Assembly (NCBI GenBank): GCA_030704615.1
Contig: CM060731.1
Span: forward strand, 82,026,001-82,090,000
Reading direction: 5' to 3'
Origin: Takakia lepidozioides
Lineage: Eukaryota; Plantae; Bryophyta
DNA: 64,000 nucleotides
Shown: in pieces, positions 1 to 11,706 of the stretch
Layout: every line of letters begins with the position of its first letter
Position numbering within the stretch: position 1 is the first letter of the stretch
Notes under the pieces: generated by a model
Told to the model about the DNA's origin: nothing
The model's database searches: none
Seen by the model: only the letters and a program-made list of their open reading frames with translations
Position numbers and translations under genes: made by a program

Positions 1-3000
1 TGTCTTTCTATTTTAAAGAAGAGACGCAGGCAGTGTCTGACAGCCCAAAAGAACCCCCTCGAAACTCATTCAGTGGACTCCTTCAGAGAAAAAACCAAGA
101 GACTCCCCTAGTCCCAGCCAGAGCCTCTGTTGATGGAAGCATAGTTTACAACGATCCACCAAGGACACCATCCCGGGACTTCAAGGGTATCTTGAAAGCC
201 TCTTTCCTGAGGGAAAAGCCGAGGGTGTCAGCAGACAACTGTAAGGAGGCTGGAGGAGTTTTAGTTTGTCAGGAGGAGGTTACTGGGGGTGAAACTTGGC
301 AGCCAAAAGATGTGTCACAGATGCTTGCCATTGGAAAAGAACAGATGCAATCATCTGTTGAGTTACCCAGTTCAGCTCTTAGGGAGAAGGACTGGTCATC
401 AGGAGATAGCAGAGAGAAGCTGTCAGTTATGAGAACTGTCGCCAGCCCAAGGCAGTTGATTGGGGGCAAGGATATACCCAGTTTGCCAGTGTCAGTGGAG
501 TGTGTCAGTGACCAGCTAGATGCGTCCACGGATGCTGTTGTGACTAGTGATGCAACCAGGTTATCCAGCCATAAGGATTCTGGTCGATATGCTATTGAGA
601 CCAGCGTCACACCCACACCAGTCCTGGACTTCAGGGAGTCACTCCGTGCTATTGATTCCAAGGACTGGCCCAGAGCTTCTGAGAAAGGGCGAGATACGTC
701 TGGAGGTTCTGATGGCAGAGACCCACCCCGTGCTTCTTCTGTATCCAGGCATTCTGTTGATGGAAGGACTGGGGTCCGTCAAATCAGTCTGCCTCGGCTG
801 TCCCTTGATGGCAGAGACCAATTGCGGCCCAGTAGTCTTCATATGGAATCCAAGTATGCTTTGAAACTCTTTCTGGAGAACTTAACCAATGTTTCTCCTT
901 ACTTAAGCAAGGAGAACTCCATGGATACTGATGGAGAAGAGAAAACCAGGTGGCGGGCACCAAGTGTAGTAGCTCGGTTAATGGGTCTGGAAGCTCTGCC
1001 AAAGTCTACAGTGGTTCCGTCCCCGCCATCAGGAAGGTCTCCTGCAAGGGCATGCAGATCCCCGCAGAAGTTGGTCCACTCTAACAGGCCAGAAGGATTC
1101 TCCCTGGCAGCTTCAAATGACTTCAACTTGAACCAACGACCCTGTGAGGGACCACAGCATCGAAATCAAGTTTCTGTGTGTATGCCAGAAGAATCACAGT
1201 CAAAGTTTAGGGCTTCTTCGCCCTCTCCTGGGCAGGAAGAAAGCCTTCCGAACAATATGCCACCGCAGTTTCAACCGGACCATGCGCCCTGGCAACATCA
1301 AGTGGAGAACATGGGCCATCATTCTCCAAAGGTGTCTCCCAAGCACCACCGAATGGAAGGAATGCCCCATGTGCTCAAACATCCAGGCGAACAGTATTCC
1401 CCAAAGGAGGGACTGCTATACGGTGACATGGAGCAATGGCTACAGCAGCTGCGTCTCAGGAACACCATCCAGGAACGGAAAACACTCAAGCAAATCCTAG
1501 AGGCCATGCACCTTAAAGGCCTGCTACACCCTCCCCAGCACATGCATTCCAATGACTTCAAATTAACTCTTGCTAGACTAGAACCAACAATGGAGGAGGC
1601 ACAACCAGTCGTGCAACAGTCAAAGCAGCTGCCCTCTTCCCATGTTGTCACCTCTTCCAAGCTGGAGCAACCTTATCTGGGTTATTCGGATGCAAAGGAG
1701 GCAAAAGTGCACCAAGAGCCAGGCCTGGAAGTTGACACTAATAAGCTGAATCTTTCTAACAGCGGGATGCAGATGCCTAGTTACAATGGAGAGGCGTCAA
1801 TTGTGGTGATGAAGCCTCTCAACCTGAAACTGTCTCCTAAGTCATCAGCTTCTAGGCCTTTATCACCCTCTCTCCGATCCAAAGAAATGGAGAGTATGAG
1901 CAGCCACAGAACTAGCAGTTCAGGGAAGTTGGCAGCAGCTGGTGCACCTCTTGCCAGTAATGGTCGAAAGACTTCAATTGGCAGCAGCAAAAGGTATTTT
2001 TCTGCCTTTGGTTGCTTAATTTATATAGTGTAGCACTAGTTTTCAGCACAACGAGTAGATGCAGATGAGTGGTTGAGTAACATTTTGCTTCTGGATCTGC
2101 CTCTGGGGACCATGTTTGCCTGAAGGCAGTTGTCTGAGTTTGTCAACCAGCTGGAGAAGCTGTTTTCTGTAGTCATATCAGCCATGTTTCAAAGGTGGCA
2201 AATCCAACAAAGGTGATGTGTCATAAAAGATGAGATACTGAGGAGGTTCTACTAAACTTCATCACCTTTACATTGGGAAGAGGAGAGGGGGCCAGAAGAG
2301 TTCCTTGGGGAAATAAGGTGTGGCACAAACAGCTCACTGCAGTGGAGTATTCTTTGGGCATTGCTTTGAGTCTTCAAGACTGCTGATTAAGGACATTCTA
2401 GTAACGTGTAGTGATTGACTGCAGGAGCACTAATAGGAGTGCAACTGGTGAAGCTGTGACTAGTCATAAGTCATCAAGATCTCGTTCACAGGAACTTAGT
2501 AGCCAGTACAGCTTGGAGGAGGCAGCCACCATGAGACCGTCACGGAGGGAGCGAATTGCAGCACGAACTGTGAAAGCGGCAAGTGAGGCTATAGAGCTTC
2601 AGGCACCCATTGCCCTGGTTGTGAAACAGCGGTCATCAGCAGTGATGGACTCAAGTTCTTCAAGGTCAGCTGCCTTTGGTCGAAGCGCATTTGGTAGTAG
2701 CACTGGGCGATTGTTTGAGAGCGGAAGGGCTCAAAGGAAGCCTGCAAAGGACAATGATGAGCGTAATGATACTTCTGTTAAACAATGGTCCCAATCTAGT
2801 CGGGAATTGCTTAAGGGGAGGGCTAGCATTGACTCTGAAACACCCAGGGCTTTAAATCGTACTAGATCTGATCCTAAATCCATCTCCAAATATGCTGAGA
2901 GACCTTGTGCTCCTGACCCTTCTTCAACTAGGGGACAATGTGGGAGGACTCCTGCAGATGTTACAGTCCTTCGAACTAAGAGAACACGAGGCAGGGCTGG

Positions 3001-4939
3001 CCGAGACCCAGTTGAGAGAACCAGAGTGACACGGACCGTGGATGTGAGAGCAGTGGTTGCAGCTACTGAGTCCCAGGAGAAAGTCGGCACTGAGGGTGGA
3101 ATCGATCCACATGAAGCTTCGGCAGACTCCTCTGGATATATAAGTTTGCAATTGACGACAAGTGTGGGAACCCCTCTGGAGACATGGACAGCAGTTGCTG
3201 CACCTGCAATTGTTGGTGCCTCGCCAGACAATTCTAAACCAACGTTTTTAGGAACCAGTACAGGGACATCCTCAGACACTCTTGAGAAGAGTATAGCGGT
3301 TGTGAAGCCGGAACCTATTTTGGAAGAGTGTAAGACTCTGGAGCACAATGGGAATGGCAGCACAGATATTCAATCGACTAGCAGTTATTTGCTTGGCCTA
3401 AGCAGAAGTCTTTTGGCTTCCCAACAGGAAGAGGTGAGTGGCATCTGAATGCAGATATCAATTGTATGCTTTTTACATTGGGCGGGAGGGTTGCCGTCTT
3501 TGTGAATTTCTCATCCTGAGGTGGGCTGTTTTGTTGGTCATGTAAACGTATAGGTGGTAGCAGCCGAAGTGGATCTGAGAGGGTCTCCAGAGATGTTATC
3601 CCCACGAGGAGTGTCCCTGAAGAAACCCCAAATCAGCCAGGAGGGTGAGAATGGATTAGTGGGTGAAGGGACTGAGCAACCAAGCCCTGTGTCTGTGCTT
3701 GACAATTCCCTTTTCCACGAGGAAAAAAGCAGTCCCAGTCCAGAGACCAGTGATTTCGACAGACTTGAAGGTAGAAATGAGTTGTGTTTTGGTTGTGAAT
3801 AATGTCTGTTTATATTTGCATTTCTCTTGTGAAGCCGCTGCAACATTGTTGTCCATGGATTTCTTGCGGTTCTTCAATTGTGAGATAGGGTTTTGTCATA
3901 CTGAGTCTATCACTCACTTTCGAAATACACTCAATGTCAGCTCAGTCAGTCTGATGGTGGAACTTTCTCTTTTGGAAGAGCATACAATGATATGTTATGC
4001 AAATGGGTGCTTCATTTATTCCGAAACTTAGCAGTAAAAGCCAAGAACCTACTGATCTTTCTTGTTTGCGCAGGTGGCTTCTGTTCCATGAAAACTGGGA
4101 GACCGTGGGATGAACTCAGAAATACCAGTCCACATTCAGCAGGTGTATCCATGATGGCTGTTCATGAAGTTCCAGAAGAAAATGTGGTTCTCAGAGACTA
4201 CACCACGGTTGCACGGACGCTTGATCTCGATGACCAAGACTCCTACCTCAACAAACCTACACTGGAAATACAAGTTCCATACGTCAGTCATATACGTACA
4301 GCGACATCAAATAATGCCTTAGGCAGCTCCCTCAAGAACAGAGGTGAGGAGAGAGCCTATGTAAGGGATGTTTTGGTTTTGTCAGGGCTGACGGAGGAGG
4401 CCAGTTGTCTTAGTGATTGGCCTGCATCTGGGTACATCTTTGATCCTGTACTTTTCACACAGACACAGGAGCAATTTGAGCTGCGGGAGTCCAGGAGAAA
4501 GCAGAATGGAAACCTTGTAGGTGAAGAGGACACTGTGAAGAAGGCTTTTGACCGCCGGTTGCTGTTTGACAGTGTGAATGATGTTCTGGGAAGGAAGTTG
4601 TACCCCTATTTAAACCCACAACCATGGGGCTGCCAAAAACTTCGAAAGAAACCCACAGGTCAGCAGCTAGTCCAGGAGGTCTGGGATGAATTGCAAGACA
4701 TTCAGCCCCCTACATTTGATCACGATGATCCCCTCTACACTATTCTCCAGAAGGACTTGGCCCAGAAGGATGAGAAATGGTTCGATTTTGGGGTCGAGAT
4801 TAGGGAGGTTGGCTGTGAAATGGAGAGTATTATTTTTGAGGAGATGATGGAAGCAGCTGTGCAAGACTTGATATTGACCTGCACAGAGAAGGTTCGATCA
4901 AGGCCCCAGTGCAGTACAATAGATAAATTTTTCCAGTGA
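1..4939 (+). CDS. TRM: TON1-recruiting-motif (TRM)/LONGIFOLIA-family protein, 5'-partial; exons <1-1993, 2425-3433, 3554-3770, 4074-4939
   Basis: Motifs PSVVARLMGLEALP (DUF3741/VARLMGL), TLKQILEAMHLKGLL, SIVVMKP, EQPSPVSVLDNSLF, and a DUF4378-like C-terminus (DRRLLFDSVNDVL...EVGCEMESIIFEEMM). The three GT-AG introns have consistent phases (2, 0, 1). The frame is open from position 3, so the start lies upstream of the window. Confidence 0.9.
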
Positions 4940-5677
4940 GCTTCAAAGAGCCTCGCATGTACAATATCAACAATTTCACCTTATACAACAAAGTGTATGA
5001 CAGAACGTTCTTTCTTTTGGTACTTTCCACTGATTGCATTCTGGGGAATATGGAATATTCTATTGTTCATGCCCACAAGTGTGATACGGCGCACATTAGA
5101 AAAGGCCGGGGAGTTTAATGCGACCCCTTCGGTCCTGCCTGCGTGGCACCCCCACCGCCCCAGCGCCCCCTCGCCCCTGCGCCACCCCACCCCTCACGCC
5201 CCCCCCCATCCCTCTCCCCGCCCGCCGGCCGTCACCACACCACATGAACTCTGTGGCACATGACACCTGTCACCGCAACCCAACATCGCGCGCGGGATTA
5301 GCACATGACTCGGATGGATGGGATGTAACATGATCCATGTGTTGTAATCACCCATGATGATGGACAGCTTGACATGACAGGATGTGACACATACTCATAT
5401 ATGGCCGTAGGGAGATCGCGATGATCATGCTTTCGTGCTTTTCGCATCCAGTTCGCACGCACATGGTTGAATGCGGCCCCTCAGCTGTCACTCCCCACGT
5501 TGATGCTTGATTGATTTAATTCATGGCAGCCACAGGACAGGGTTTCCAAGCTTCCTGGCGTTTGCATGGCCGGAAATGTATGATCCCGGCGGAAGCGGTG
5601 TTACAAGCACTTCCTTGAGGAGTATGCATCGCGGCTATTATAAACTGTTGACTGAGCTGTGGCGGTGAAGCGATTAC

Positions 5678-7248
5678 TCATTCGACTTGAGTATAGGGTT
5701 TCTTTTTGGAGAATTTGGAAGTCATTTGTGATTTGCAGCACCACAATATTCTGAAGGCAATAGGATTCAGAACGGCGAGGTCACGCACAGCCCTGCATCG
5801 GACCTCGCGCATGAAACCATGGAGATCTTCAAAAAGGTGTTCGCAGTCCTCTTTCCGCACTCCCCAAAGGGCTGCAAGTCCTTCACGCACCTGGATTCGG
5901 GCTTCCTCGTATGGGGGCATGCCTCCGTACATGAAGTATCCAATCTCCAGGAAATTCTCACCCGCATTTGTAATGGCACATTGGCCATAAGATGATTCGC
6001 AGAGTTAACAAGATGGAGTTTCGGAGAATTGACATAGGTTTCATGTTGTGAACGTGAGACATCCAAACCTGACGGAACACCCTGCTGAAAAGCGGAATGT
6101 TTGGAGGTGGAGCGTGGTGGCGAGCAGCCTCAAGAATGACCATCAACCTATCATATTCATCCTCAGAATGTGTGAACATATCGGGGGGCAACTTAGGGAT
6201 CTCACCTGCTGCAACAATTTGGTACAGAGGGGACCAACCCCAGATTCCCTCCTGTTTCTCATCATATTGTTCTCTATCCCATTTTGCCATGTTGTCGTCA
6301 ACAAACTGCCTTCTACGAGCCTCCAACTCAGACTGGGCTGCAACTCCTTTCATTTCGAAATCCAACAATGCCATGGCATACTTGTGATGTGCCATCACCA
6401 GTTGGCATTCCGCCAACTGAGCGGGATGGTCACGAGTTACTCCAGGACATATGGCAAATAGCTCCACCACATTTTCCACAGCTCTCTTCTCCTCTGGAGG
6501 TGCATCAAACTGCTCCCCCGCCATTGCAGAGTCATGGAGCTGGTCAGTAATAGAGGAAGACTAACCAAAAACCCTAAACTTGAAAGGCAACTGCAAACAA
6601 AATGCAAAGACACGCATAATCAAAGAAGGAGTTGTGACCATGAAGGTGCAAGCCAAGAAGAAGGTGTGTTACCCGTCGTTTAAGCCACCATTGACCAAAA
6701 GCGTTGCCCATCATTTGGTCCCCGAACTCAAATTTCCCAATAAGAGCCACAAGACAATTGAGAAAAGAAGGCTCGTCTAGAGATGGAAATCCGTCGGGCA
6801 ACAAGTCGAACTTCATCAGATAGGTCAGTCTTGGGCATGAAACAGGTGCGGGTATGGGAGGCACAACAATATCCGAGGTCAGTAGCAACGACGCCTTTAC
6901 AAAGCCTTCCCTGGCCTCTTCTCTACTTAGCGGTGCATGGGGTGTGGACTTCACAATGTGCACTGGAGGTCTGCCATCTTGTCTACCTGAAGATGCAACT
7001 CCAACGTGCACTTCGGGTCGAAGACTTTGCTGTGGCATGGCAGGAGGTCCTACAAACGTAAACTTTACAATGCGCTCAGATGGAAGACTTTCCTGTGATG
7101 GCAGAGGTGCGTCCAATGAGTCCTTTCGAATGCGCTGAGGTCTAACAGTCTGCTGTGGCAGCGCAGGTGGTGCGTCCAACAATTGGAAATCGTCATCGTC
7201 ATCATCATCGTCAAGGTCCACTCCCGGCTCCTTCCGAAGACTCATGTG
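5678..7248 (-). CDS. Uncharacterised multi-exon gene inside CACTA-2 (probable exons ~7248-6673, 6539-6069, ~5960-5678)
   Basis: Three successive long minus-strand ORFs. The first intron has in-phase GT/AG; the second acceptor is unclear. Acidic/Pro-rich N-terminus and no recognisable domain. Confidence 0.45.
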
Positions 7249-7809
7249 CTTCCTGCGCTTAGGTTCTCGTGTAGTCTCCACGACTAAAACATGAAGCACG
7301 CAAATGGACTGCAACAGACAGAAATGGCAAGCCAACTGATGGTGCAGGGGGCAAGAAAAAAGCCTTGAAGGACTTCAATGTCATTTTGAGGCATCGGGAG
7401 GATGTCGACATGGGCTGGCTTCCTTGTCCACCAGGTGTGTATTGCCCTTACCACGGTTCGTGCTACTGCATTTGAGTTCCTAGTGGTTCTTAACAATTAT
7501 GTCCCTGGGGCCTGGTGTTGTTCTCATTTCATTTCTTGTCACGGCCACATTTTCACAATGCCGATGTTGGTGTGCAGGCTGTCTTGACTATGGGGAATCC
7601 AGCCTACATGACAAACTTGAGGCTGCCCGACAAATCCTCCATGAGGTCCACATTGAGAGGCTCGCAAGGGATGAGGCACGTTTCTGCAATGCCAAGTGTG
7701 GACATAAGAAGGCGGCTGTCCCTGAACTGCAGTCAAGCGCACTCGTTCACCTGAGTACAAATACGAACATGGGGGCACTCATTTTGGCCGCTAACATGGC
7801 ATGCAATTC

Positions 7810-9259
7810 CACAGCTTCTAGTGGACGACCATGAACCCAAACCGCCGTGTATGAGGTCGCAAATTGAGAGGGGCCCCTTGCAATGTCTTGCACCAAATCT
7901 GAAACCACCTCACCTTTCGCAATGTTATCCTCTACTTCAGTCCGAAGCCAATGGTGGAATGAACTTAGAGGCTGCAATTCCATGGGCAATTCTTGTGAAG
8001 GCACATTCCTACGCCGGCCCCTTGCTTGCAGAGCGCGTGTAGTCGCCCTTGCATGGTTCCGCCTCCACGCAACCGTCTCCTCCTGTCGTTGCTGAACAAG
8101 GTTATTGTATCGTGCCTCCCACTCATTTATGGATGGGGTGTTATTCAGTATGAACTCATGCGCTTGGTTAATCACCATGATGGGTAATTTTATCCTCTTT
8201 GAATTTTTGGGCAAAACGATGTCATTGGTTCGTACATCCTCATCTTCCTTCCACATCGGAGGGGCTTCCTTATCCACCCTTGCTAAGTACTCCATGCAGT
8301 AGAACATAGCCTCTTGCAATGTATACCCCTCCACCATGCTACCCTCCGGGTGTGCCATTTGTCTTACATGTGCTTTCAAAGTCTTCATGTATCGCTCAAG
8401 GTAGTACATCCACTGAGAATGAACGGGGCCGGCAATCGAAGCCTCTTCCACTAAGTGCACTACCAAGTGCACTTGGATGTCAAAGAAGGAGGGAGGAAGG
8501 TGCATCTCCAACATACACATGACCACCGCCGCCTCCTTCTTCATGCGTGGAAAGTCCGCTTCCTCCAACTCTTTGGAGCAAATCCACCGGAACAATGCTC
8601 CCAATCTATAGACTGTCTCGCGAACCTCGGGAGTCAATGTCCCACGTACTGCAATGGGCAAGATGTCTTGCAATAGATTGTGATAGTCATGACACTTCAA
8701 ACCATGGACCCCGTCTTCGTTGAACTTCATACGGAGGGATGACCCATAACCAGTTGGTGTTCGGACAGCTCCTATGGTGGCTATCACTTTCTTGTATTCC
8801 TCCTTTGTCCATTGCCAAGGTACACGCCTATACTTCCACCGTACAACACCCTTTGGGTCCACACCATTTTCTTTGGCCTATAGATGGGGCATGTGACCCT
8901 GCTCCTCAAATTCCTTTCTAATACCGAGAGAATCTCCTTTCACAGCCACTCCCTTCTTTGCCGGCGTGCCATGAAGAACACGAAAAAGGGACGAGCAAAC
9001 ATTCTTCTCAATATGCATGGGATCTAGAAGATGACAAATCTTCAGGTCCTACACATATCCCCACCCACAAATTCTTACACGTCTATTTTGTCCTGAAAAT
9101 GACAATGGAAATCATACAAAACCTGCAATATCATATGCATGCATAGCAATATTGATGGTGTTTTTGTGGAATATGTACCACCCAATATGACAACTCGTAG
9201 AAGATTGAAAGCCGCTTCATGCCGGGCACCTCCACCTCACCGGACCCCTCCGGATGGGC
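7810..9259 (-). pseudogene. CACTA TnpD-type transposase fragment (end of Transposase_21 region plus DUF4218)
   Basis: GMKRLSIFYELSYW (9259-~9182), then an exon from 9048 reading DPMHIEKNV...GLKCHDYH...PPSFFDIQVHLVVHL...GPVHSQWMYYLERYM...HPEGSMVEGY. It has an in-frame TAG near 8879, is truncated before DUF4216, and is cut by the LTR at 9260. Confidence 0.9.
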
Positions 9260-9390
9260 TGTTAGAGGGCTGCTTGGGACTTAGACGCTTTTACGGGTTC
9301 TGTGGGGTACCCTTAATTTTTGCGCAGATTTATGAATGGTAGACTGAGACTAACAGGAGCCTTAAGGGTGGCAGACGCAGGCTTTAGGGG

Positions 9391-9690
9391 GGTTACACAG
9401 CTCATCACAGTCTATCACAGCCAGACACAGCTTTACACAGCCCGACACAGCTTCGCACAGCCAGTCACAGCCCGACACAGCTTTAGACAGCTCGTCACAG
9501 TCTATCACAGCCAGACACAGCTTCGCACAGCCAGTCACAGCCCGACATAGCTTTACACAGCCCGTCACAGTCTATCACAGCCAGACACAGTCTAACACAG
9601 CCCGACACAGCTTCGCACAACCAGTCACAGCCCGACACAGCTTTACACAGTCAATCACAGCTCGGCACAGCTTGACACAGCCTGTCACAG
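9391..9690 (+). repeat. Tandem array of 30 x 10-bp units, each ending in CACAG or a close variant
   Basis: Examples: ctcatcacag tctatcacag ccagacacag ctttacacag cccgacacag. The 10-nt register is unbroken. Confidence 0.95.
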
Positions 9691-10910
9691 TGTACATGCG
9701 GAACAATTATCATTGACAGGGAACGACTGTGTGGAAACGACATGTGCAGAGGGAACGTGTTACTTCAGGGGTGACGGTTAGTTAGTTAGGTGGTTAGAAC
9801 AGCTTGCGGGTAGATTAGGTAGAGCGGCAACAGGAAAGGGATCACTTCTTGAGGAGGGGGACTTGTTCAGAAAAGGGGAGACGTAACGGAGAGCGGAAAC
9901 AGTGAAGAGGAGATGATGACTTGATTGAGGCTTAATTCATGCAAGCTGTAAAATTATACAGTATGGTAGATTGGGGACACCATGGTATAGGCATGATACA
10001 TGATTAATCTTAATCCGATACTGAATCGATACAAACATACTATGTAGAGAGACATGAGAGCAGCTGTGGAATGAATGCATGATTAATTGGAACATAGTAG
10101 ATACTGAAGCAATGTGATGCTTCAGTATACACGGTAAGGTAAATTGATAACATGAAGGCAAGAAGGAATACAAATAGGAAGCGCAACCATGATTCACTAG
10201 CTGTAGGTCATGACTGTCGCGCGGCTTTTACTCACCCATCCCTTCGTTATCCGAGGCGGAAACTCCAAGATAGAAGAGTTGGAAATCTCTAAGTACTCAG
10301 CCCGCTCAGAACAATCAGTCATGACCTACAGCTAGTGTATCATGGGGGTGTTTCCTATTTGTTTTCCTTCCCGCATTCATGTTAGCTAGTTACCTTACTG
10401 TTGGTAATTAAGTATCAGTTTGCTTCATCAATCTATCGGATTCCATCAACTCATCCATTCATTCCACAGCTTCACTCAGATCTCTCTACACAGTGTGAGT
10501 ATGAAGTGTGTATCAGATTAATATCTATCAAGTATCAGGCTGAAGCCATGGAGTCTCTAATCTGCTCTACATTACAATTCTACTGCCTGCATTCATTAAG
10601 CATCAACAGATCCTCCTCCTACTCCGTGCTCTCCCTCTATCTGCTCAGAGATACGCTCTCTCCTCATTTCCCCCAGTGATGTCCGAAGTCTTCCCCAAGA
10701 AGTGCTCCTCCCACTCCTTTTAGCAGTGATTCCCCAAGAAGTGATCCAAGAATTGATCCTTTTCCAGTCCTTGCTCCTAGCTTTATCTTCCTACCCGTTG
10801 TTCTAACCGTTTCCCTCACTAACCGTCATCCGTGAACTAACATGTTCCCTTCGCAGGTGTTGTTCCCCACAGTCGTTCCCTGTCCTGCTATCCGTTCCCT
10901 ATGGTCGTGA

Positions 10911-11133
10911 CAGCTATGTCAAGCTGTGACTGGCTGTGTGAAACTGTGACGGGTTGTGACTGGCTGTGTGGCTGTGACGGGCTGTGTTGGCTGTGATGGG
11001 CTGTGTCGGGCTGTGACGAGCTGTGTTGACTGTGTCTGGCTGTGTCGGACTGTGACGGGCTGTGTTGACTGTGATGGGCTGTGTCGGCTGTGCCGGACTG
11101 TGACGGGCTGTGTTGGCTGTGACGGGCTGTGTA
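10911..11133 (-). repeat. Mirror tandem array of ~22 x 10-bp CACAG units in the other LTR arm
   Basis: Plus strand reads gctgtgacgg gctgtgttgg ctgtgatggg ctgtgtcggg, the reverse complement of the 9391-9690 unit. Confidence 0.93.
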
Positions 11134-11256
11134 ACCCCCCCTAAAGTGCGCTACTGTCACCCCTAAGGCTCCTGTTGGTCTCAGTCTGTGCAAAAATTAA
11201 GGGTACCCCACAGATCCCGTATAAGTGTCTAAGTCCCAGACAGTCCTCTAACATTA

Positions 11257-11270
11257 CCCCTTCCCCTCTC
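11257..11270 (-). other. Polypurine tract (PPT) of the Gypsy element
   Basis: The minus strand reads GAGAGGGGAAGGGG-TAA directly before the TGTTAG that starts the LTR. Confidence 0.85.
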
Positions 11271-11706
11271 AAAAAACCATGTCCTCACGGTTTACTGATT
11301 GGGATTAGCAAACCTTTGTGAGCGAGTACCTTTCTGACGTTGAGAGTTTCGTGGCGGACTGTGTGTACGAGCCCGAGGTCTGTCACTGGTTGACGGAGAT
11401 GATTGAACACTACCTGGATATGTGAGGCCCTCTGGAGGCTGATATTGAGGTAACCTTTCAGGCATAGGAGACCCCCGTCGCTTCTTCTCTGCCATCTGAA
11501 TTGCATAGTCTTCTCCCATGTCAAAAGAATCCGCTGAAGAAACAGTTGTATCAGAATCCTCATCGCCTCTCAGGTGTTTTAATTGTCGAACTTTTTGTGG
11601 AATCCTCTGGGGCATACAATGTTGTCCTACCATGTCTGGAAGTTTATATTTTAAAACTTGTTATAAACGCTGAATGGCAAAATTGGTGAAGACCCTGAGC
11701 TCCTTG

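Larger units (their letters stand above)
5090..9259 (-). mobile_element. Older CACTA/En-Spm element remnant (CACTA-2); left boundary approximate
   Basis: Contains a transposase fragment and an unknown downstream gene. A C-rich tract and repeated ACATGA motifs at ~5140-5400 look subterminal. No clean TIR was found. Confidence 0.6.
9260..11253 (-). repeat. 3' LTR (1994 bp, TG...CA) built from two long imperfect inverted arms (9260-10216 and 10316-11253) around a 99-bp spacer
   Basis: TGTTAGAGG at 9260 and CCTCTAACA ending at 11253. The PPT abuts 11253, and 9260 interrupts a transposase exon. The arms are homologous along their length, with a perfect inner 22-bp inverted repeat CACTAGCTGTAGGTCATGACTG. 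Confidence 0.8.

Noticed and set aside
5074-5110. Exact left TIR of CACTA-2 (CACAAG... or CACATTAGAAAA...)
   Set aside because: Neither is canonical CACTA and no partner end or TSD is present in the window.
9391-9690. CRISPR-like array
   Set aside because: The units are 10 bp with no unique spacers, there are no cas genes and the context is eukaryotic; it is a minisatellite inside an LTR.
9320-11193. Short His/Ser/Gln- or Cys-rich ORFs (9320-9550, 9362-9568, 10888-11193, 10956-11144; also 29654-30241)
   Set aside because: These are translations of the 10-bp repeat arrays.
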